Shown: piece by piece, positions 20,001-35,000 of the stretch
How the letters are laid out: each line of letters begins with the position of its first letter
How positions within the stretch are numbered: position 1 is the first letter of the stretch
Source: Candidatus Cloacimonadota bacterium
GTDB taxonomy: Bacteria; Cloacimonadota; Cloacimonadia; G963667145
Assembly: GCA_963667255.1 (NCBI GenBank)
Contig: OY762940.1
Location: 512,001 to 576,000 of the forward strand
Direction of reading: 5' to 3'
Length of the DNA: 64,000 nt
The notes under the pieces: generated by a model
Told to the model about the DNA's origin: nothing
Database searches by the model: none
Seen by the model: the letters and a program-made list of their open reading frames with translations, nothing else
Translations under genes and position numbers: made by a program

Positions 20001-23000
20001 GAAAAGTAAGTGGTAGCACGGTCTCCACTCAAGTAGCTAAAGTTGCTAATCCGGGAAGTTCAATTACTGTGACCTACGGAGATTCCAGTGGGCTTATTTT
20101 GAGCACGGTCTATGGTTACAGTTTCAAACTGTATAGCAAATATGCCGGATATTCGGTCGAGAGTGATACAGTTTCGGTGAAGACGAAAGTTATTCCTCCT
20201 GAAAGCTTTAGTGCGACCAAAGGCACTTCCACGAGCAATGTTACCATGTCGTGGACATCTGTTGCTTCAGGAACTAGGAAGATTTCTTACAATATTTATG
20301 CTGATACTGTTTATCAAGACTTTAAAGCTTCCGTTGCTGCAGGTAACAAGATGATATCGCCTGCTGTAGCCAGCTCTCCAGTATCTTTCACTGCCGGGAC
20401 TCTTCTTAATTCTTGGTTAACATTAGAAAGAGGTAGAAAATATTATTTCACCGCAACGACCAATGAAACAAGCATTTATGCTGGAGTAAACTCTATCTCG
20501 GTTCCTTCAAACATAGATTCGGGCTATATTTCACTTGCTAAGCCTGTTTTGGACAGTGTTTCCAAAGGGGCATATTCCGATTCCATTATTGTCAGATGGC
20601 GAGCTTGCAACGCTTACAAGCATAACACTTATGTGAAATACAAGTTGTATTGGTCTTGCGATGGCGGAGCACAAAGCACCAAAATTATAAGTTCGTCCGA
20701 CTATACTTATGACGGAACATATATAAGATACGCTTTGCCCAAGACAGAAGGATCGATTACCAATCTTTTGGCGAAAAAAGTCTATACTTTTAAAGTTAGA
20801 GGTGTGATGACAGCGTCTGCTTCTACTTTTGAGGATAGCTCCGAGATTAGCATCAGCGGATTGACCGGATGGTTGGCTCTTGCGAGACCTACAAGTTTTA
20901 AAGCGAATTACTCAGGATATTCACCGGACAAAATACAACTTAGATGGAATAATCCGGACAATTTGTTGGTGAGAATCTATATGAGCAACAATAAATCTAC
21001 ACTTTGGGATAACTTCCTATACTCTGCGGCAAAGGGTGCTACAACATATGATGTTCCGATAGAATCCGATACCAATAGGGGTGTGTATAAATATTTCGGA
21101 GCGAGATTTTATGACCAAACTTTTGGGCTATCTAATATTGCTGACACAGGATGCCAAGATTCCGGTTTAGCTCAAATAGACACCATAAAAATTACCAGTG
21201 TTTCGCGAGGCGATTATCTTGATAGCATTTTGGTTTATTGGGACTCATTGCCCAATGTTAACCAATATCAAGTGAGAGTAGACGATATTTCTGGCAACCT
21301 TGTTCAGAGCTATAGTTGGAGTTCGTATTCTGTTTTTAGGGAAACATTTAAGGGGAGCAATTTAACGAAAGGTCAAAAATACTATTTCAAGGTTAAGGCT
21401 CGAAATTCTGCCATTCCTATCCCAGCAGTTGAGGGCAGTTTCCAGAGTAAAGGTGTTTATGGCTTTACTCAATTGCCTAAGGTAACAGGAGTTACAGCTA
21501 CAGATGGCATACACTCCGACAGGATAAGAATACAGTGGACAGCTTTATCGGGGGCACAAGAGTATGTTGTTTATCGCTCTGAAGATACTATCAGTGTGGG
21601 TTCGCCGATTGCCACCGTTACGACTAATTCTCACGATGATAGTGCATCCACCTTGGTCTTTGCTAAAGATTATTATTACAGAATTTTGGGAGTCAATAGT
21701 TGGACAAGAGACATTAGTGCTTCCAAGAAAAATTATTCTGCTTTTGATACAGGCTGGATTAAGCTGCCGATAGTTAAGAATATATCCGCTTCCAAGGGGA
21801 CTCTCGAAGGGAAAATTTTGGTTTCTTGGGACCAACTGTCCAGAGTAGATGGCTATTATATTGATACTTGCGGGTATGGACTTTCTACTTATGGGACTCT
21901 CGATTCCATTACTTCCGCCAGCACCAGCAGAGTTTATTATTATGAATCTAACGGTTTGAAACTGGGCAGATGCTATTATTTCAAGGTTAGAGCATATACG
22001 GGGAATAGGTCAAACAGTTTGTCTGAAGTTACAGCCGATTCTGGTTATATGTCTCTAGGCAAAGTGCAAAATGTTAGAGCATCTCAAGGGACATATGCTG
22101 ATTCTATTAGGGTTCTCTTCAATAAAGTTACTGGTTACACACAAGCTAACCAGTATGAATTGCAAAGATATAGTGTCTCCAAAACGAATACTGCAACCGT
22201 AGGACAATATGCTTCGTTTGCTATTGTGGCTGATACTGTCGCTGTTGTGGACACCTCTTTTAACCCAGAGAGAGAAGGTTTCATCTACAAATATCGGGTG
22301 AGGATAGCCATTCCGTCGCAATTGCTGTGGTCAGAGTGGAGCGATTGGGGATTGGAAGGTTGGAGTTCTTTGCCGAAATTGGCTATCAAGGTATATGATG
22401 AGCAGGATTCTTTGAAGGTTGATACCATCAAGGTTCATTGGGATACATCGTCATTTGCGGGGAGAAGTGCCACCAAGATAGAGCTTCAATATGGGGCAGA
22501 TACCGTGAGCTTCTCCAAATCGGTTATCCTCAATAAGCAAGAGCAACTTGATAAGGGCTACTTGATGCTTGATGCCGAGAATTATGTTACTATCAAGCAA
22601 GGTCAGGTCTTCTATTTCAGAGCAAAAATCTATAGAACAGAGGGAACGAGCGAGATTTCGTCCGCTTTCTCTGCGATAGACTCCGGATGGTATCAGCTCA
22701 AGAAGGTAACTATGAGCACCATGGGATTGGGACAATATGCCGACTCCATCTATGTCAGTTGGACACCACAGTCAAGTCTGCCATCGTTAGTATTGTCTGC
22801 TATGACATACGAGATATTTAGAAATGGAGTGCGTTTGGACTCTGTGATCGGTGGCAAGACCAGTTATTACGACACTACAGGCATAGATAGAGGGAAGTCC
22901 TTTACTTACGCTATCAGAGCTTCGCACAATAAATTTAAGAAATCGAGTGTAAGTGATTCGGCAAAAGGTTATGCAACTATTTTAACTCCGATGCTTGACA

Positions 23001-26000
23001 CTGTTAGAGTTAGCGGGGACGACCTCAAGGTTGAATGGAGATATAGCACGGGAGTTGACATTGACTCGTTTTATGTGTATCGCTTAGAGAGTAGAGATGC
23101 CTCTCTACCAGAGCCTACACATTCGGCTGCTTATAGTTCCGCTGTTTCCAGCTACTCTTGGACTAATACCGCTTGCGAAAAAGGTAAAGATTATTTCTAT
23201 TGTGTAAGGGCTTATAAAAGAGGATTGTCTTTGTCCGACACGAGTCAAATAAAGAGCAACTATATCAAGTTGGATGTTCCGGTGATAGACACGGTTTCAA
23301 GGGGAACAAGCACTTCTCAAATTGTAATCAAATGGAAAGACGACACCTACGCTAAGCAATTGTCTATTGTGCGTGATACCTTGTCCAACTTCTCCACTGC
23401 CAAGATTTTGGATACGGTTAACTTTACTGTAAAGACCTATACTGATGCGAACAACTTGCAAGATGGCAAGATTTATTATTACAAAATAAATAGCATTAGA
23501 GGTAGGTTTACTTCCGACACCAGCAAGTTTGTAGCCGGATATACGAGCTATAAAGTCCCTGCTTTTGATGGCATCGTGAACAACGAAGACAGTATTCAGG
23601 TTAAGTGGAAAGAGAACGGAAGTTCCGCCGATTCTGTTTTGCTTGTTATTGGAAATGATGTTCAGGTTACCTCACCTCTTGATTCGATGCAGACAGGAGA
23701 CAAAGAGACAAAAAACCTTATCACTAAGTTCAATTCTCCCACATGGTTTGTCAGAGGCAAAGAGTATTATATTCGGATAAAAGGTATTTCGCACTATAAT
23801 ACGGTGAAGAGAGAGGGAAATTCTGCGGAGAAATTTGCTGTTTGTTCCGATTATGCCAATGCAAAAATCTGTTACTCCTCTTTGCAAGTGCCACAGATTT
23901 CAGTTACTCGAAATCTATTGGATACTGTTAAGGTTTCTTGGAACAAGATGGCGAGCGATGTCGTTTCTGTTGTCCGTGTTGAATGGAAACAGGGTGCTTT
24001 TGGTGTTGCAGGAGACAGTATCTATCGGGAATTGAACAACGATGGTGTAGATACTGTGCTGGAGATTAAGGTTGATTCTTCTGAATATAAGCTTTTGGCA
24101 GCAACCAAATATAAATTCCGAGTCAGGTTCTTTAGAGGAACTATCTCTTCCGCTTACTCTAATGTGGATACAGGTTGGAGCAAACTACCTGCACCAGTTT
24201 CCTTGTCTGTGAGCCGAGCTACTTATGACGATTCGTTGCGTTTTACATGGAATAACTATTTGAACGGAACAGACAAAAACAAAGATAGCACTTACGAATA
24301 TGTTTTGGAATATGAAAAAAATTCCAGCTATGCGTTATTCAAAAGAATTTCCGCTCGAGAGAGTTTCTACGATGTAGTTTATAATGCTAATAGCATACCG
24401 CTGGGAGTAGAAACAAAATTCAGAATCAGAGGTGTTTATAGAGCAGGAGAGAAGATAGATAGTGTAACTACTAATCTTCCCACTGCAACTGGTTGGACAC
24501 GACTTATCCCTCCGATAGATACTGCAGCCGATTCATCTACTGTGAGCAAGAATATTGTAGGAAAAATTAAAATAAAGTGGACAAACAAATTAACAGATGC
24601 GACACAAAAGACTGCATATAATAACATGGGAGTGGTGTATCAGGTAGAGAGAAGAAAATCGACAGAGTCTTTTATTGAGTCGGGTTACCAGACAGTATCT
24701 TCTTATTTGGTAGACTCTTTTATAGATAGTAGCAATCTGTGGCCTCAATACACTTATTATTATCGGGTTCGATATTTTAGTCCGCATTATTACAATCTCT
24801 TGGGGAGCACAAGTAAGAGTATCTCTCCGTGGGTAGAGATAAAAGACTCCGGATATTTGAAATTGGCCACTCCGACTGTAGAAGTGGGCGTAGTGGGAAC
24901 TTATTATACTGATAGTGTCTTATTGAGGGTCAAGAGAGTTTACGGCTCTGACAGTTTATATCTTTATAGAAAATCCGCAGATGAAACAGGCTACACTTTG
25001 TGGGATACTGTTATATTCCCCTCCACTTCCACTTTGATATACGGAGCAAAGAGCTATTATACAGATGCCAGAAAGATCAGAAGAGGTCAAGCCTATAGTT
25101 ATAAAGCGGTAGCGTTGGCTGGGATAAGGAAGTCAGACACCAGTGCAGCTTGTTCTACCTTTACTTTGTTAGGGAAAGTTTCCAATGTTGTTGCCACCGA
25201 TGCTACGAGTGAAGATTCTGTAGTGGTTACTTGGGATACTGTCGCTTTTGCCGATTTCTATGATATCAGAGTGGAAAATGAGAATGGAGCTACTCTGTTT
25301 GGGACTGTGCGATTGAATAAACAAGATACCATTATTGCAGTGAAGAAGAAGTCGTTGGGTGGTTTGCTGGATTATGGAGTTATTTACAAATTTGGAGTAA
25401 TAGGGAAAAGTAAAAATTGCGTTTACAATGGAGACACTCTAGGAACTGAAGCTGTTTATGATAAGGGCTATTTGAGATTTACCAAACCGACCATAACCGC
25501 TCTTTCCAAAGATTCTGTGGGCAAAATCAAAATAGGTGTTTCTTACCCCAATTCCGGATTCACCTTTAAAGTTTATCGTAGCCCAGATTCTGCTTATTTT
25601 AAGAACACAACAAATCAATATGACAAATATGAAAAGATTGAGGCAATTCTCACCGACTCTGGTAATGGTGGTTATCAATGTGTAGATTATACTTCGGTGA
25701 CAAATGGGACTAATGGAGTTCATTACGCATACTTCATTCAAGCCGTTAGCGGCTCTATAGCTTCCGCTATTTCCGACAGCACCAAGAGTGATACGGCTAC
25801 GGATATTAATAAGCGTTTCGGATATAGCAAGATTGCTGCATATCCAGGAGAACTCTCTGCTACAAAGGGGATAAGCACCGATTCTTTGGTGGTCAGTTGG
25901 CCAGTGCCGGAGATAGCATCTAAACTTGACTCCATAAAGTATCAATGGTTTGAATACAAAGACGATGTAGCCAAAGATTCGGGAATAGTAAAAGGGACGA

Positions 26001-29000
26001 AAGTAGTTAGAGATACAACAACCAATGCTAGAGGTGTGAGATACAAATACAGAATTAAGTTGAAAGCGTATGACAAGAATGGCAACAACTATACTACCTC
26101 CGATATTTCTCTTGATTCGAAGACAGGTTGGATTTCCTTAGATACCCCGACCATTGTTTTGACTCGTGATGCTCTGAAAAACAATGTTATCTCCATTAGT
26201 AACAGCACATTGCCATTTGGTTTATTTAGGACAATTAACGGTGTTAGTATGTCGGAGATTAGAGTTTCCGCCGGTAAATCTTATACAGATTCTGTCTTGT
26301 ATGCCAATTACTATGTTGGTAAGCATGTAAGTTATACAGTCAAAACTTATAATAGCGATTTCACTTTGCAATCTCCTTTCTCTCTGGCTGTGGATACTTA
26401 TTACTATATTTATCCTCCTGCTTATTTTGCTGCATCACAAGGGACTTATGAGAATAAGATTTCGCTGAATTGGGCATGGAAAAACCAAGAAAAAGCACAT
26501 GTCGATAGTTTTATTCTTTATCGTTATAACAACAGTGTATTGAGTAAGAGAGTTGCTTTGACAGAGAGCAATCTTACGATAAACCTTGCCGGTGATTCGC
26601 TTTTATATTACGATATCGATGAGATTAAACAAGGCGTTTCTTATAGATATGGCATCAAGACCAAGAGAGTAAATACCGGTTTTAGCAATAGAGAGTCTGA
26701 CACTACTTGGAATATCAAAAATGGATATGCAACATTCTCTGCTCCGCAAAATCTCACTGCCAGTAAGACTGCGAAACAGGTTACTATCAAGTGGGATTCC
26801 CTTAGAAATCAAGGAAGTGTAGGCGGATACATTCTCTTCTATACAGCGGATAAGAGCAAGGCTTTGTCGCTTTGGGATACTGCCGTGGTAACGGATACTG
26901 TATTGACTCAATCTGGAACCAAAGCTGTTCCTGAGGGGACAATCAGATGGTATAAGGTCGCTGCGTTTAGTAGCATTGTGGACACAGGGACTGTCTCTAC
27001 GAGCGATGTTTACGGATACGCCTTGATGAATGCACCGAGCGGACTTAATTGTTGTGAAGCTGTATCGGTGGATTCTATTAGAGTTACTTGGACAAAAAAA
27101 GCCGATATCTACAAAACATACTATTTGCAATGGGCTTTGGATACTGCTTCCAATAGCAATGGAACTTTTGTAAAGCCTCTCGGGGAAAAGGGAGATTACG
27201 ATTATAGCACTTCCAGTTTTGTTTTAGATTCGTTTACTATTCCTATTACTGCCGACTCGTTACGAGGCAGGAGAATTTATGTAAAACTTTGGGCACAAAA
27301 TAGTTACGGTCGGTCTGAGCCTGCTTTGGATAGCGGTTACACGAGATTGGCGAAATTGACCAGCTTGTCTGTTAGCAAGGGACTGAGAAAAGACAGTTTG
27401 CGAATTTCTTTTGCCAAGCCGAGTGATGCCAATACAGCAAGCTTCAACTTGATAGTGGATACTTTAGGTTCTAATTTTAGTTCTCCTGAGCGTAAAATTG
27501 AATCGATTGTTACGATGGATACAATCCTCAAAGTCAATCATTCGGGATATTATTACAAGGTCGGAGTTAGTGCCAATAGTAATCTGACCGGTGCAGGTTC
27601 CGATACGATTTGGGATAGTGGATATAGCAAAATTCCTGCTCCTACGGGAATTACGGCAGAGGCTCTCAAAACCGGATACAACAAAATAACTTGGAACAAG
27701 GGTTACATAGGAGCAAATCAGGAGATTAGTTATTCAGTTTACCGTAAAGATAATAGCAACGCTGTAGCGACTGTGGTAAATAGATACAAAGATGCCTCTG
27801 CATCTGCAACAAGCAGTCTGATAGATTCTTCGTGTATGCCCGGATATCACTACGAATATTATCTTAGAGCTTATGCTACTTCTAGACCTTTTAATAGCTC
27901 TGTATCTATAGAATCGGATACATCCGCTCATGCCAGTGTCGACACGAAGATAGGAATAATTGCCAATTTCATTCAAGATACTAACGCCTTTAGCCAAACT
28001 TCAGCGTCATTGTATTGGAGTCAAAGAGGAGATTTGGTTAACTATGAGATTTGGTATTCTCGTTTTGCCGATACGACAACCGCCAAAAAAATAGATGTAA
28101 CCATTGCCAACAGTAATTTTTATACCTCAATTAGTGATTCCCTTGCTAATTTCCCGGGGATGCTTTGGCACTTCTGGATAAAAGCCAAAACTGCCTCAGG
28201 ACTTACAGGCACTTGGACTCCGGACAACGATACGGGACTTTTGGTATATACTTTGCCGAGTATTTCCACCATCGATTCTGTAAGTGAAGGGGTCTCTGAG
28301 GACACAATTTATGTTAGATGGTCTAAATCTAAATACAGTAAATTCAGATTAGCGTATCGTAAAAGCAGTGCTACGACTTGGGATACTTTATCTGCTCGAG
28401 CAGACACCATTGCTAAAATTTCTAAAACTACCCATTCTCTAATCAGAGGGGAACAGTATTATTTCAAAGTCAACTCTTTGATAGATAGCGGAACAGTGTC
28501 TCCGATGGGCTCTACTCATGGTGCATACGGCAGATACCTTGAGTCTGGATATTCCGAGAGCAAAGTCGGATATTTGAAATACGATACGATAGCCAATTTC
28601 CGAGTTTATAACCAAGCCGACAGCATCAAAGACGATAGGATAAATCTGTATTGGGACAAAACAGAAGGGAGCAATGTTTCTTATCTGCTTTATCGTTCTA
28701 CGACCAGCGATGTAAGCACAGCATCTCTTATGTCAATGTCCACTCTAACTGATGTAGGTTACTATGAGGATGCTCGTGCTAATAATGGGTCTGCTCCGTT
28801 GCCTGGGAAAGCTTATTACTATTGGATTACAGCCAAGAAGAACACTTTGCCCAATTCCGAAGGTGAAAAGAAGAAATTGAGAGGATACGCCAATAACGCC
28901 TTCAACGGTGTGGATAGTGCATGGACAAAACTTATTGCACCATCTAATCTCAAGGTTTCCGGAGTGTTCTATTCCTCCACGATGAAGAACGATAAGAGCC

Positions 29001-32000
29001 TGTCTTATACCGACTCCATAGTGATTCGTTGGAACAAGATGAGTAGTGTAGATTCTTTCCGCTTGCAAGGAAGCATAGGGAGCACGATTTATTTGGACAC
29101 CTTTGTTTCGGATACACATGTTTGTTGGAAAGGTATGGTGCGAGGCAAAGTTTACAGCTTTAAAGTTTGTGCCTTCAACTCTTTAGTTGGCAAAACTTCG
29201 CCCAAATGGACAGATGCAGTTAATGGATTTGCGATGCTCAAAGCACCTACCAGTGTCACACTGAAGCAAGATACGATAAATTGTGGTGTTGTTGTTTCCA
29301 TTGATACTGTGCATTTGGCAGATAAATATTTGCTGTATTCTCATTCTACAGGCGGCAGTTTTGAAAAGCTATTTGAAGTCCCTCACGCAATTAGAAGCCC
29401 CTTGGATACCTTGGACAACACGCTTTTACCAGGGAAGAAAGTTTGGTATTGTGTAACGGCTTACAACGGCACAACCGGAGGTTCGGACAGCTCTGCCATA
29501 GTGGACACTTTCTGCCCTGTTTTGCCACCGAACGGACTTAGTGCGACCAAAGGAACTAGAAGCGGTGATGTCTATATCACTTGGAATCTTGATAGATTTA
29601 CCAAAGGGGTCGATAGTTTCCGCTTGTATAGAGACAGTTTGGCTGGAATCTGGACAGAGGGCGACCATATAGCTACTGTGAAAACTTTTTCTGGAGCACT
29701 TGTAGAATACTATGATGTATTGGGCTCAGTATCCGCCGCTTCAGATACTCTTTTCAGTGGCAAGAAATACAAATATGCTCTCAAATCTTATGCCAATGGA
29801 TACTCCTCAAAATTCACATCTAATGAAAAGGTTGATACGGGTTGGGTTGCGTTACCGGATGTGAACAAGGTTAGAGGGACTTTTGTCAAGGCAGGAACTG
29901 ACAGCATCAAATTGTATCTTACGGTAAGCAAGTTGGCAAATAAGAATGTTGGTTATGTCTATCGCAGAGTTAAGATGAAAAGAGGTAGCTTTGATACTAC
30001 CTATGTCACCACTCTTCTTACCAATGATTCTTTAGTTAAAGACGGCAACAATTTGAAAGAGGGAATGGTATACAGTTATGAGTTTAAGGCTTATAACAGT
30101 AATTTCATAGGTTTGGCTGCTCATGGGGCTCCAAGTGTTTGGAGCAATAAGACTGGAGCTCAGTTGGGTTCTGCCGGTATGATTAGTGCGAATTGGTCTA
30201 CGCTGACTTACGGTGGCAAGAAATTTGCAGCTCCTACTATCCATGCGGTGAGGAATTTTGACAGTCTAAAAGTGGACACGATAACCTTCTCCTGGCAATC
30301 GGACAGCTTAGTAACTCATTATAATTTCGTAAGAGATACAACAGTGGCGTTCTCTTCGCCTGTGGCATTCGGCTTGACCAATAATTCTCTCAGAAGTTTG
30401 GACAGCTATTTCTATGCACCAGCCGAAGGCTTGGCCAAAACACAACCGTATTATTTCAAAATGCAAAAGCAAAACCAAGAGTATGAAATGACTGCTTGGG
30501 ATTCTTTGTCTTCTCCATGGTCTGCAATAGACAGCAGTTGGTCTAAACTGATACCGCCGAAAGGTGTGACGGCTACCACTAAAATTGTAGATACCATTAG
30601 AGTCAACTGGAACAAATATTCTTGGAAAGACACCGTAAGCTATGTGGTGGTGTCCAAAAATTCTGCTGGAACTTGGGTTGCTACGACTGTGGGCAATTTT
30701 GACAGTTTGAGATTTAGGTCGACTTATGCCGATGGTGAAAAAGAGATTGGTGTTTATACCACTCACGCTAAGTTTGGCTCTTCTGATACGAGCTCTCCTT
30801 TGGTAATAGGTATGGGCAAGATAGAATCTCCCACATTTGCCGATGGACCAACTAGGGGTCGCTACTTAGATAGTGTAGTGATGGTGATGAACGAAGCAGG
30901 AATGAACTCAGCCAAGACAAAATTCAGAATGTATTATTCCACTGACAAAACTTCACCTGCAATTAGCTCAATAAATCCTGATGATGGTGATTATTTTGCC
31001 AGTGATTCTAACCGTTTGGTTTTCAAGAGTGGTTCAGGGCTTTATACCAGTGGATATGGAGCTAAAGTCTATTTCAGAGTTGCTTGGTCTTTGGGCAGCA
31101 TTTATTCGGAAAAATCCGCAGTTGATTCCGGCTGGACGAAACTAGATACCCCGACTAATTTCCAATCAAGACCTCTGGAAGACCCATTGGATACCATGGC
31201 GATTAAGTTGATTTGGAGCAATCCTGCAAATGTAGATACGGTTAAAATTTACAGAACAAGAGTAAAAGACAATTCGTTTGTGTTGCGGAAAGATGTGCTT
31301 ACTTCGGGAAGTAATGGCAGTTTTATAGACATCATACCGGAAGAGGACAGAAGGAAGACTTATTATTACAAGATTATGGCGACGAACAAGCTGGACAGCA
31401 CGGACTCCAAGTTTACCGATTCTGTTAAGGCGTTCGTAGCAATTTATAATATTACTAATTTCTCAGCTACAGATGGTGCCAAACGAGATACTATTGAGTT
31501 GAGCTGGAAGGCTGATTTGGATACGAACTTCACTATCAGAATTTATACCGATAGAGACCATAACTCTGTGGTAGATTCGATTAAGAATTTGAAAGCTTCT
31601 GCTGGCAAGAGTTGGATACCGAACAAAACTACGACTTTCCCTGGATACTGGTATTATTTCCGCGTGAACTTGGAAGGCGATGAAAACAGTCCTACAGTCA
31701 AATTTGCAGCGGTGGATAGTGGGTATGCACTTATTCCTGAGATTAGCAGAGATTCGGTTATCATCACGAACGACACTTCTAAGATAAAACTTGGGACTCG
31801 TATTGCAAATGTGGACGATTCCGCTTTCACACAATTTGATGCTACCGGAGCGTTCAGGCTGAATTATGTTAGCAAAATCTATGTTTCCAAATACAATGCG
31901 ATTACAGGTGTGTTCACCATTGTAGATACTCTGCTCACCGGCAAAAAAATCGTCAAAGATATTGATTTAACTTACGGTAAGATTAACCGTTATTCCTTGA

Positions 32001-35000
32001 AATTTGTGAACCAAGTTTCAACGGGATTTGAGCGAGATTATTATAGCTTCACTACTTTGCGTAAACCAGCTACACCTACATGGAGCAGTAGTGATTTGAG
32101 TCTTACTCAGATTAAATTGAGAGTATTCAAAGGGAATAATGATGCTACTTTGATTGATTCTGTTGTTTTGTATAGATTGGATAGCAAAGGCAACAAAGAT
32201 ACTATGGTTTATGCCTTCTCCACCACTATGGAGCCAAACTCTCTGATTGATACTTTGAAATTGACACAAGCGTTATTCTATAGCTACAAAGCTGCATTTT
32301 ATAATAACAAAACCGGAATTTCCAGAATTTGTGACAGTATAGATTCGGTATATGTCAAGTTGCAAGCTCCAGTATTTGATAGTATCTCCAAAGGGACTAA
32401 TCGAGATACGATTTATATCAGATGGAAGACCGTAAGTGCCGCTTCAAAGGGTTATAGATTGTATCGCAACGAAAATTACCCCGAGGGCTCTTTCAGCTTG
32501 CTGAAGTCGTTTGGAATTAAAACTGATACATTCTACAAAGATAGTAGTGTTTACGAGCAATGTAAAAATATCTACTATCGCCTTTTGGCTGTAGGTGAGG
32601 ATACTACTTCCTTGCTATCCGATTGCACTCCTGACTATGGTAGCAGAGCTTTCAGAGGTGTGAAGAACTTAGTTAGCAAAAATGTCCCGCAACTAAGCAA
32701 AGTTCAGTTGGAATTTTCTGTTCCTTCCACTATTTCCTTGAGCAATCCGGAACCTGCTGAGAAATTTGATAAAGGTGTGCAGTTGATGAGATACGACACC
32801 ATAAGCGATACTGCCAAAACTAATAGTATCTATTCTCCGAGAGTCACAGTGATTAACAACGGAAGTGGCTCTTACAGTTTGGAAGACGATTCTTTGCTTA
32901 TTGGGCAGTTGTATTTCTATAGAGTTTTGGTAAAATCCACCGTTTCAGCTTCGGTTAGTGAGTTGTCTAATATCGCTGAGGGGTATATTTTGCCGCCGCC
33001 TATTACAGGTGTCTCGGCTACTATCGGGGCAAAAATAGATACGATTGTCTTGAGTTGGACAAGGATTAGCCCTGCGACTTTGCGAAGAGACACTGTTGAT
33101 GCTCAAATAATTTATCGCTCAAACGATGGATTTGTCAGCAATAAGGACTCTTTGACCATTGGTGGCAAGGACTCTATTTTTGCTGATTGTGGCACTAAAA
33201 TGGGCAATCTGCTTAAACCTGGTCACGATTACAGTTATAAGATAAAAGCGGTAGTGAAGATAAACGAACCTGATACCGGAGGCAGAATATTTGAGACGAC
33301 TCTGTATTCCGCATACTCTAATGTTGCCAGTGGTTGGGCACAAATGGGTGCTTTGGCAAATAATCAAGTGACTGTGGTCAAGACAGATACCTCCAAAATA
33401 AACAGAAGATATCCTCCTGCTACGATTGCTGACTCTGTCGTTCAAATTAATTTTACCAATTTGCCGACATACGCTACTTATTTGAATATTTACAGAAAAA
33501 CTATGGGAACCACACAGTTTATTTTTGCAGATACCGTGAAGTTCTCAGGCACGAGTGTTACCTATTGTGACACGGTAACCGGTAGTCGTAACCGTGGAGA
33601 TGTGCTACTCTATAGGATAAAACTTGGTGCAAATCATGAAGCCGAAAAATATTTTGACACAGCTTCTTATACGAATTTGCAACAGGCAGTTTCCATAACG
33701 ACTTTGAGCTATGACACTAGCATGGTTAAACTTATGGTGACTCTTGCTTATAATAGTTATGCTAACACCGATTCTCTCTTGATGAGTAGATACAGTATGT
33801 CAGATGTTCTCCAAGACAGCTTCTTGACTGCTGTTGGTGGCAGAATGGTAACTGTAGTTGATACTGGAGGCACTCCTGGAACGCTTTACAAATACAAAGC
33901 TGCATTGTTCAACTCTGCCACAGGTTACTCCCCCTACAGCTCTGTTGTAGATACTATCGGCAAAGTAATCTTGCCTCCACGATTTGACACCATCACCAAA
34001 GGGGTTTACGAAGACTCTATTAGCATTGTTTGGCATAAGAACAAATATGCATCCAAGGGCTATATATTGTACAGAGATACTTCTGGATTGACTGGTTCTG
34101 TGGATGCTCTTTACGATTCTATTTATACTATCACCAGTATAAGCGACACCGTATATGCTGACAAGAAAACTTATCCTGCCAGTAAGCACATCTATTACAA
34201 AGTCGTGAGTGTGGGGACAGACACTAAATCCAGTAAATCTGCCAAAGATTATGGTTATCTTAAATATAAGGGTATCAAAGATTTGGTTGTAAAGGGTTGG
34301 TCTAATAGTCTGTTTACGGATAGCTTGCAAATTAACTGGACAATGCCTACAGCACTCCCTATAGATTCTATCTTCGTTTCTCGTCTTACCGATGTTGATT
34401 CCAGTGCGAATTTGGATACTTTGACCGCACATCGCTTGGCGAATAGTTTGATTGCTCCCAGAATATCAATTGTTACCAATGGTGATTATACAAATTACAA
34501 GTATTTGAATTCTAGTGCATCAAGCGAACTATTATTGGGGCAATTGTATTTCTATAGAATCAGGATAAAAATAACAGGTATTACCGAGGCATCTACGCCG
34601 TCCAATTTGGGAATCGGCTATCTGAATCTTCCGAAAGTTAGCAATGTATATGCAACTACAGGAGAAGGTGACAGCATAGTTATTTCTTGGACTAAATTGC
34701 CGAGAGTGAAAACCGATAAAGTAGACAGTTATCGTGTATATAGGTCTGATGGTCAGAAGATTTCTGTTTCCGGAGATATTGGGGAAGTTACGGATTACAG
34801 TTTTGGCACTTCTCTATACGGCACTCTATTGAGCAAAGGTGCAAGTTACAAATACGCTGTAGTCGCAGAGATGAAAATCGATCAGGATACTTTGCCAGGG
34901 ACATCTCCAGGGAAGTTCGTTAAGGTTTTATTGAGCCCGATTTCCGATTCTGCTCTTGGTTACACTTTCCCCGATAGTGCTCATATAGATACCGTAAGCA